Shown here: positions 30,920-37,248 of the stretch, in pieces
Layout of the letters: every line of letters begins with the position of its first letter
Position numbering within the stretch: position 1 is the stretch's first letter
NCBI GenBank assembly: GCA_902635945.1
Contig: CACPPU010000001.1
Span: 431,216 to 495,215 of the forward strand
Length of the DNA stretch: 64,000 nt
Source of the DNA: an uncultured Candidatus Actinomarina sp.
GTDB lineage: Bacteria; Actinomycetota; Acidimicrobiia; Actinomarinales; Actinomarinaceae
Direction of reading: 5' to 3'
Notes under the pieces: generated by a model
What the model was told of the DNA's origin: nothing
Databases searched by the model: none
Seen by the model: only the letters and a program-made list of their open reading frames with translations
Position numbers and translations under genes: made by a program

Positions 30920-31202
30920 TTAAAACAGTTAGTAATGAAAATACATAAGCTAACCCTAAGCCTGCAAATGTACCGATATACCAAAACCAAATATTTGGGT
31001 CTGAGTACCCATACATTTCTCTTGCCCAAAATGGAAATGAAGCAACACCTAAGGGCATTGGGAATGTCCAGATTAAAGCCCAAAATGTTCCAACTAAATA
31101 TGACATTGCCCAAAAGGCTTTCCAGAGATATACTGTCCCGGAAATAAGCGGACCGGCAATCATAGAGGTGTACATCAACACTCTGAAAATTAAAGAAAAC
31201 AC
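30909..31202 (-). CDS. Small Trp/Phe-rich integral membrane protein (about 3 TM), unknown function
   Basis: 97 aa, with MIAGPLISGTVYLW, YLVGTFWALIWTF and IGTFAGLGLAYVFSLL. Confidence 0.5.
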   Translation of the reverse strand: MFSLIFRVLMYTSMIAGPLISGTVYLWKAFWAMSYLVGTFWALIWTFPMPLGVASFPFWAREMYGYSDPNIWFWYIGTFAGLGLAYVFSLLTVLSER

Positions 31203-31232
31203 TTTGTACCTTTTATACTTCTTAAGTAATTA

Positions 31233-32255
31233 TTATTTGGAAAATTTGATAACACAAACACTATCTGCATATAAATCATAATCATTCCTGACAATCAGCT
31301 CGATTTTAAATTCTGGATTTTCCGATTCAACATATCTCTCTATCAACTGACCATAAAGGGTTGTAGTATTAGCCTCTGGAAAAGGAAAGACGTCATCATT
31401 AAAACCTTTTTCAAAATATGCACGACTATAATTTTCCCCATCTTTTTGTATAAAGGTTCCAAAATATGCAAGACCAGCATTACCAGTATTTATATTAAAT
31501 TTAATTTCATAAGAATCTTCAGTTATTTCTTCTGCTGGACAGTCAAGCATATCTATTTCTGGAGGTAAGGCATCAATAACCCACTCTTTATAGGTACTTT
31601 CAAAACCTTCTAACTCAGTTCGAGTTGCTAAATATGTATACCAAATTGGAACATCCATTGGGACAGGTTCCCAATCTTTTTCAATATAAGCCCACCAAGT
31701 TCCGTTTTGATAAAATGGAAGTCCATATAGATATGTCCACTCAGGGTAATCTGAATTATCGTCAAGAAACTTACAGTTATAGCTCACTGTTAAGAAATAT
31801 CCGTATCTTTTATTGCTTTCATCAATAACTATATGCATAGAGTCCGCGTAATAATCATTTGCTTCGTTTAGTTCTAAGTATTCGTCTAGCAAAGCTTCGT
31901 GTACAGTACCTCTTTCTTTTCTAAAACATTCATAATTATTAAATACAAAATATTTAGGTTCTCTTTTGTTTAGTAAAAGTGTTTTATTAGCTTCTTCATA
32001 CTTAAAAACTACATAATTATTAATTCTATTTGCTTTGTAATAGGCAAGAAAATTATCACCCAGTTTATTAATATCAACTTCGGTTGTGGTAGTTGAGTTA
32101 GAGATTATTTGAGAAACTTCAGTAATTTCAATATCATTTTCTGTGAGATTAGGTTCATCTCGAAACCAAATTAATGTTGATGCTAATGCAATAGATATAA
32201 CTAAAACAAAAGCAAAAGTAGCATCAGTGATTTTAGTCATTAAATAATCTTTCAA
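31233..32255 (-). CDS. N-terminally membrane-anchored exported protein, unknown function
   Basis: 340 aa with a single N-terminal helix FAFVLVISIALASTLIW, followed by an acidic, Tyr/Trp-rich domain with 4 Cys. No family recognised. Confidence 0.5.
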   Translation of the reverse strand: MKDYLMTKITDATFAFVLVISIALASTLIWFRDEPNLTENDIEITEVSQIISNSTTTTEVDINKLGDNFLAYYKANRINNYVVFKYEEANKTLLLNKREPKYFVFNNYECFRKERGTVHEALLDEYLELNEANDYYADSMHIVIDESNKRYGYFLTVSYNCKFLDDNSDYPEWTYLYGLPFYQNGTWWAYIEKDWEPVPMDVPIWYTYLATRTELEGFESTYKEWVIDALPPEIDMLDCPAEEITEDSYEIKFNINTGNAGLAYFGTFIQKDGENYSRAYFEKGFNDDVFPFPEANTTTLYGQLIERYVESENPEFKIELIVRNDYDLYADSVCVIKFSK

Positions 32256-32769
32256 TCAACACTTCTAAGAATGACTTTACAATTATTGGCTCGTCACAAC
32301 TATTAAAGAAAGAAAAATTTTCTGCTAATTCAAGAAGTTCATCATTTACCTCTTCATATGAATAATACAAATCCATATTTCCAGTACTCACAAAACCAAA
32401 TAAATATGCCGAAGAAGTTGATAAAAGTTCAAAAGATTTCACTGTATCCTCATTATGCTTTTCGTTTTTATAATTAGGTTCAAGCAATAGTGACTGATTG
32501 TAAATTTCTTCAAATTCAAGTACTGCGTCAGCAAATATATCAACTAATCCTAAAATTAAATCTTCATCTCCACTTGTAATAGCATCATTAAACAAACCAA
32601 AAGCTAGGGTACTCTTACTTGCCTTTTCATCTAAAAACTTGAAATCTTCTTCATATTGAAGACATTTTTCATATTCTTCTGCATAACTACTATCTTCAGG
32701 AATAAATTGAATTTCAGATGGACCACACGAAGTAATAAGAAGTGAAATAATTAATACTTTTTTAAGCAC
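32233..32769 (-). CDS. Putative lipoprotein, acidic helical, unknown function
   Basis: A signal peptide with lipobox-like LLITSC at residues 10-15. It overlaps its neighbours by 8 and 23 nt. Confidence 0.5.
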   Translation of the reverse strand: MLKKVLIISLLITSCGPSEIQFIPEDSSYAEEYEKCLQYEEDFKFLDEKASKSTLAFGLFNDAITSGDEDLILGLVDIFADAVLEFEEIYNQSLLLEPNYKNEKHNEDTVKSFELLSTSSAYLFGFVSTGNMDLYYSYEEVNDELLELAENFSFFNSCDEPIIVKSFLEVLIERLFND

Positions 32770-33004
32770 TATTGTTTAATTTTCTTTTAATCCACTTGAA
32801 CATGCTTGTTATGAGTCTAATTATTACTGTTGGAAATACATAAAGAAAAATATAAGTAAGCACAATAAATAAGAGATATTCACCAACTCCTGCCCTAACT
32901 TCAGAAAATACTGGGACATCAGTGTAAGTATTAAAAATAGAAAAACCGATTATGAATACAACGTATATTTTCCCACCAGTAGATTCAGGAATTAAATTTT
33001 TCAT
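32762..33004 (-). CDS. Small membrane protein (2 TM), unknown function
   Basis: 80 aa, with IYVVFIIGFSIF and LLFIVLTYIFLYVFPTVII. It is the first gene of the islet-2 operon. Confidence 0.45.
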   Translation of the reverse strand: MKNLIPESTGGKIYVVFIIGFSIFNTYTDVPVFSEVRAGVGEYLLFIVLTYIFLYVFPTVIIRLITSMFKWIKRKLNNSA

Positions 33005-33010
33005 AAAAAA

Positions 33011-33054
33011 ATTTTATCATTAACGAATTTTTGATGTCGCCAAAGTTGTCGCCA
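33011..33054 (-). promoter_or_regulatory. Putative leaderless promoter with duplicated TGGCGACA element
   Basis: On the minus strand: TGGCGACA-actt-TGGCGACA-(18 nt)-TAAAAT (preceded by TGa, an extended -10)-tttttt-ATG. The -10 lies 6 nt from the start codon. Confidence 0.35.
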
Positions 33055-33099
33055 TTTAAGAAAGTTCGTGTTCTGACTTCTGTAAACACCAATAGTTAT

Positions 33100-33175
33100 T
33101 GGTGGCCAGAGGCAGAATCGAACTGCCGACCCCTTGTTTTTCAGACAAGTGCTCTACCGACTGAGCTATCTGGCC
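33100..33175 (-). tRNA. tRNA-Phe (GAA), CCA encoded
   Basis: The reverse complement folds as a cloverleaf: GGCCAGA/TCTGGCC acceptor, GCTC/GAGC D stem, CTTGT-CTGAAAA-ACAAG anticodon arm, GGCAG-TTCGATT-CTGCC T arm, A-CCA. Confidence 0.95.
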
Positions 33176-33178
33176 AAA

Positions 33179-33256
33179 TGGCGGGGACGACGGGATTCGA
33201 ACCCGCGACCTCCTGCGTGACAGGCAGGCGTGAACTCCAGACTTCACCACGCCCCC
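33179..33256 (-). tRNA. tRNA-Asp (GTC), CCA encoded
   Basis: Reverse complement: GGGGGCG acceptor, CCTGC-CTGTCAC-GCAGG anticodon arm, GCGGG-TTCGAAT-CCCGT T arm, G-CCA. It sits 3 nt from tRNA-Phe. Confidence 0.9.
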
Positions 33257-33321
33257 GTAAGAATTGAGTATACATATAAAAAAAACTCAAACAAAACAAA
33301 TAGTTGCAATATTATAGAGAT

Positions 33322-34785
33322 ATGAAGTTAAGTAGTATTGTAAAATATGCCGTAAGGTTCTTTTCTTTACAGTTAATCCTTACATACCTACTTATTTTTT
33401 ATTTCAATAATTTTTTAATTTCTAAAGCAATCTGTGATTACTGTGCCGGATCTAGTTTTAGAATGCAAATTGAAAATAATTTGTGGGAAGACAGAAATAG
33501 GTTTTTTTCCTTTATTGATGAAAGATTCATAACTATTGAATCATTTATTATTTTATTTGTATTTCTTTTCTTAATTATTTTGTATTCAACAAAGTTTTAT
33601 ACGTATGTTAACGAACTTTCTTATTCATTAGATAGAAGCTATATAGATGAGTTTTTTTCAATTTATTTACTTTGGACAAGTAGTTTTGTTGTATTTTTAA
33701 CAATTTTTAGAATTGCAAATCTAATTTCAAGAGGATACCTAGTGTTACTTACTCTTCTAGTACCACTGATACTATTAGTTTTTAGAAACAGTGAATTTTT
33801 ATCTTCACTGCTTGGTAGATCAGTAACAGGAGAAAACTATATAACTTTTAATTTAGAGGAGGATTCAGGATACAGAAATCTTAGAATTATGACTTTTAGA
33901 AATAATGTTGAGTCTTTTCTAAATATTGATTTAGAAGATAGTGATCAGGTTATTGAAAAAATTGATAAGATAAATAAATCGATTAACTTAAATCTGATAA
34001 TTTTAAATTTTAATAATCAAAACAAGATTGATAAGAAATTAGAAGAATACTTGGTAAATCTTAATAAGAAAATTCTTATAATTTGTAAAAAACAAATGTC
34101 TTTTACAAATAACTTCTTGTACAGACAAGAAGAAGTTTCTGGAAGATATTTGGCTTATTTTAATAACGACGTTCAGTATGGCTCTAAATATATTCTTAAA
34201 CGTTTCATAGATATTTTTCTAGCTTCTTTTGGAATTATGGTATTTTCTCCTTTATTTTTATTTATCTATTTATACATTTTATATCTTGATGGCAGTCCTT
34301 CAATAATAAAGCAAAACAGAGTTGGCCTTCATGGGATGCCTTTTACTATGTACAAATTTAGAACCATGAAGAATAATGCGCATGATCTTAGGGGTGAACT
34401 TGAAGACTTGAATAAAAATGATGAAGTTATATTTAAAATAGAAAATGATCCAAGAATTATTAAAGGTACTCAAGTTTTAAGAAATTTTAGTCTTGATGAA
34501 CTGCCTCAGTTATTTAATGTATTAAAGGGCAACATGTCTCTAGTTGGTCCGCGACCTTTATTTGAAGAAGATACAAATTATTTTGATAAAAATTATATGC
34601 GTAGATTAAATGTTTTACCAGGTATAACTGGATTGTTACAAATAAATGAGAGGAATACTTCTGATTTTGAAACTTGGTACAAATATGATATTGAGTACAT
34701 AGATAACTGGACTCTGTATTTAGACTTAAAAATTATTTTAATGACCCCATTTGCGTTGTTTAGTTCAAAAATAAAAGGGATTTAG
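33322..34785 (+). CDS. Polyprenyl-phosphate glycosylphosphotransferase (WbaP/bacterial sugar transferase family), initiating enzyme
   Basis: The C-terminal domain has KRFIDIFLASFGIMVFSPLFL, QNRVG, FTMYKFRTM and DELPQLFNVLKGNMSLVGPRP. N-terminal TM helices are present. I took the ATG at 33322; an alternative TTG is at 33304. Confidence 0.85.
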   Translation: MKLSSIVKYAVRFFSLQLILTYLLIFYFNNFLISKAICDYCAGSSFRMQIENNLWEDRNRFFSFIDERFITIESFIILFVFLFLIILYSTKFYTYVNELSYSLDRSYIDEFFSIYLLWTSSFVVFLTIFRIANLISRGYLVLLTLLVPLILLVFRNSEFLSSLLGRSVTGENYITFNLEEDSGYRNLRIMTFRNNVESFLNIDLEDSDQVIEKIDKINKSINLNLIILNFNNQNKIDKKLEEYLVNLNKKILIICKKQMSFTNNFLYRQEEVSGRYLAYFNNDVQYGSKYILKRFIDIFLASFGIMVFSPLFLFIYLYILYLDGSPSIIKQNRVGLHGMPFTMYKFRTMKNNAHDLRGELEDLNKNDEVIFKIENDPRIIKGTQVLRNFSLDELPQLFNVLKGNMSLVGPRPLFEEDTNYFDKNYMRRLNVLPGITGLLQINERNTSDFETWYKYDIEYIDNWTLYLDLKIILMTPFALFSSKIKGI

Positions 34786-34787
34786 AG

Positions 34788-34860
34788 TGGGTCGGGTGGG
34801 AATCGAACCCACGACCTTGAGCTTAAAAGGCTCCTGCTCTGCCGATTGAGCTACCGACCC
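34788..34860 (-). tRNA. tRNA-Lys (TTT), no encoded CCA
   Basis: Reverse complement: GGGTCGG/CCGACCC acceptor, anticodon loop CTTTTAA, GTGGG-TTCGATT-CCCAC T arm. It begins 2 nt after the stop of the upstream CDS. Confidence 0.9.
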
Positions 34861-34922
34861 AGAATTAATAATTAAATATTAAGAATAATGTCAAATCAGT
34901 CTAATGAGATAAGAATTTTATT

Positions 34923-35621
34923 TTAAATATACCATTCACCATGCTCACGCATTAACTCTAACTTTTTATCACCCCTGACATAATTGAAGTGGATTAAGCT
35001 TGGCGTCAGTGATTCATAATACTGGTAATAATGTGCACCATTTGGGTATTGGTCTAAAGGAAGTATTGAATAGCTAAATTTTTTTCTATTTTTGTTTATA
35101 TATGATTGGTCATGAGTTTTATATTTAGTAAATTTTTTAACAAGTTTTTTTGTTGGTTTAAAAAATTCTTGAGTTGTTTCATTAGATTTTATGTACATAA
35201 ATCCTGCACAAACCCATTCACGATTTGGTTTTGACGGTCTTAAATCATTTTGAAAAACTATATCTACATTTGGAGAGAATTTAGATAAATCATTTACAAA
35301 GTCTTTCTTAAAGACAATGTCTCCGTCAACGTAAACTACATTGTCTTTTTTTAATAATTCTCTATAAATTAGTTCAAATTTTACAAGCATCAAATTACCA
35401 AAATTCTCATCTGCTTGACTAAAGTAATTATTTGCAAAATCTTCTTTTTCAAATAGCTCAACATTGTCGTGAATTTTAGAAAAATAGTTAAAAGAAGACT
35501 CGTCTAAAGCATAAACTTTAATATCTGTGTTCGCGTTGTTAAATTTATTTGAAGCAAGTAGGTTTTCTGTATAATCTACATATCCTGCGTTTGTAAAAGT
35601 TATAAAGTTCAATTCTGACAA
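34923..35621 (-). CDS. Nucleotide-diphospho-sugar transferase-like (GT-A fold) protein
   Basis: FITFTNAGYVDYTENLL and VYVDGDIVF (DxD) resemble the stand-alone nucleotide-diphospho-sugar transferase family. Confidence 0.45.
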   Translation of the reverse strand: MSELNFITFTNAGYVDYTENLLASNKFNNANTDIKVYALDESSFNYFSKIHDNVELFEKEDFANNYFSQADENFGNLMLVKFELIYRELLKKDNVVYVDGDIVFKKDFVNDLSKFSPNVDIVFQNDLRPSKPNREWVCAGFMYIKSNETTQEFFKPTKKLVKKFTKYKTHDQSYINKNRKKFSYSILPLDQYPNGAHYYQYYESLTPSLIHFNYVRGDKKLELMREHGEWYI

Positions 35622-35626
35622 GCTAA

Positions 35627-35941
35627 TTATTCTTCCTCTTGTGCATTATTAATATTTATGTACTCACCAACTTTGTTTTTTGTTTTAGTTAATGTTGCTT
35701 CAAATTCATCATTTATAGTCTTAATAAGTTCTTTTGAAGCTTGTTTAATTTCCTCATCTTTAGTAGTTGATTCTATTATTTCAGACAATGTTTTAAATAT
35801 ACCCTTTGTATTTTCCACGATTGAAAATAGTGATTCTTTTAGATCGTTGACTAACTCTTCTTCTTCAAATTTTTCATGAATCTTTTCTGAAATTTCAGAG
35901 AGTTCTTTGTTGAGTTTTGACCAATTATCTTTATCTGTCAT
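35627..35941 (-). CDS. Small acidic helical protein, unknown function
   Basis: 104 aa, Glu/Lys-rich with no TM. It sits 5 nt upstream of the next gene. Confidence 0.35.
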   Translation of the reverse strand: MTDKDNWSKLNKELSEISEKIHEKFEEEELVNDLKESLFSIVENTKGIFKTLSEIIESTTKDEEIKQASKELIKTINDEFEATLTKTKNKVGEYININNAQEEE

Positions 35942-35961
35942 AAGAGAATTATAAATAGAAT

Positions 35962-36804
35962 TTAAATATTAATTTTATCTTGAAATTTTAAATTAGGGTT
36001 TTTTGTAATTCGTTGACGTGCCCATCTTGCTGGTGCAATAAGTCTAAAAAATGGTGGGAGAAAAGGTCTTGTAAATTTTAATAAGGATAAGTTAAAGCCT
36101 AGTAAATACTTTTTTACAGTCGTTGTTTTTATATCATAAATTTTTTTAAATTCAGGAGGGAGTGTGTGAAATGCTGTAAAAGCTATGAATGGCCAGATAG
36201 GTTTGATATGAGTTGGGACTGGCCCTCCGGCAATAATTTCTTGAACATCTTTAGCGACATCTGTATAAACCAAGTAGTTTTTTTCATTAGATTTTTCGAT
36301 TACCCAATTTTTCAGCTCCTCATGTGTGTTTGGCATCAAATTTTTGTCTACTAATACCATTTCTGCAGCAATCATATTTTCTAAATGATAAAGATTTTTT
36401 TCTTGAGTAGATAATTTTTTTACCGTTTTTTCATAAAAATAAAGAGATGATATTTGCAAACAAGCATGTACCCAAAGTAACTGTTCATGGTCAAGCGCAT
36501 CATAAGTTCCACCTGAGACTTCATCCTTTCCATTAATTACCTCATGTAGTTTGTTAATTCTGTGAGCACTTTCATCTGCTTCCTGCTTTGTTCCAAAAGT
36601 TACAGAGTTTTGTAAAGACAGAGTTCTAATTAATCTTTTCCAAGGATCTCTCTGGTAAAAAGATGTTTGCCTTGCCCCCGCAGCAATTAATGGATGTGCT
36701 GCATGCATTAGTAAGGCCCTTGCTCCTCCAAAGAGAACAGTGATTTCCTTGTTTACTTTCCACATCATTGAATTTGGGCCAAAATACCCTGGATCAGATT
36801 TCAT
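35962..36804 (-). CDS. MpaB/DUF2236-family oxygenase-like protein
   Basis: GPNSMMWKVNKEITVLFGGARALLMHAAHPLIAAG is the characteristic N-terminal block of DUF2236. Confidence 0.55.
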   Translation of the reverse strand: MKSDPGYFGPNSMMWKVNKEITVLFGGARALLMHAAHPLIAAGARQTSFYQRDPWKRLIRTLSLQNSVTFGTKQEADESAHRINKLHEVINGKDEVSGGTYDALDHEQLLWVHACLQISSLYFYEKTVKKLSTQEKNLYHLENMIAAEMVLVDKNLMPNTHEELKNWVIEKSNEKNYLVYTDVAKDVQEIIAGGPVPTHIKPIWPFIAFTAFHTLPPEFKKIYDIKTTTVKKYLLGFNLSLLKFTRPFLPPFFRLIAPARWARQRITKNPNLKFQDKINI

Positions 36805-36930
36805 ACAGAAATTTTATCAAAATGTTTATGTAATATTAAATTAAATTATTAAACAAATTGGCTTGAGGTTAATTAAAAATTAACTACTAAGGAATTAATT
36901 ATTAATATACTTTATATTTGATAGCTTTAT

Positions 36931-37248
36931 ATGAATAATAATACAGGCAATATTGAAGAAGTATGCGGTTTAAGCCCTGAAGGAGTTGTTTACACTGACC
37001 CAGGAAATGATCCAAACTTTGTATTTACTCAAGATTCTAACTTTGAAACTTTACCTCTTTATGACATAGAAAATAATGTAATAAATGTTAATTCATGGTT
37101 TGAGTGTGCACATTATGTAAATGGCGGATGGTCTAACTCTCAAATTATTGAAACTTTTCCAGGTGACAAATATATCTTTTTTGCAGCACTTGCTCTCACT
37201 GCTTTATATGGTTCGTATATGTATTTTGCAAAAATGTTGAACAAATGA
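36931..37248 (+). CDS. Small C-terminally anchored protein, unknown function
   Basis: 105 aa with a C-terminal helix IFFAALALTALYGSYMYF. Its stop overlaps the next start (ATGA at 37245-37248). Confidence 0.4.
   Translation: MNNNTGNIEEVCGLSPEGVVYTDPGNDPNFVFTQDSNFETLPLYDIENNVINVNSWFECAHYVNGGWSNSQIIETFPGDKYIFFAALALTALYGSYMYFAKMLNK

Larger units (their letters stand above)
30492..33099. mobile_element. Islet 2: tRNA-Phe-associated inserted segment without a recombinase
   Basis: Lies between the intact tRNA-Phe 3' end and fragment B. It contains one five-gene minus-strand operon. Confidence 0.5.

Noticed and set aside
27559-33099. Looked for an integrase, excisionase, transposase or phage genes in or next to the tRNA-Phe-flanked islets
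   Set aside because: None of the ORFs shows the recombinase motifs (R-H-R-Y region, DDE) that I could recognise. I therefore do not call an intact mobile element, only integrase-less islets.
33031-33267. Two ORFs (33031-33267 + and 33056-33250 -) across the tRNA-Phe/tRNA-Asp locus, and ORF 39993-40457 (-) running over tRNA-Arg
   Set aside because: These regions fold into canonical cloverleaf tRNAs. The ORFs exist only because the GC-rich tRNA sequence lacks stop codons.
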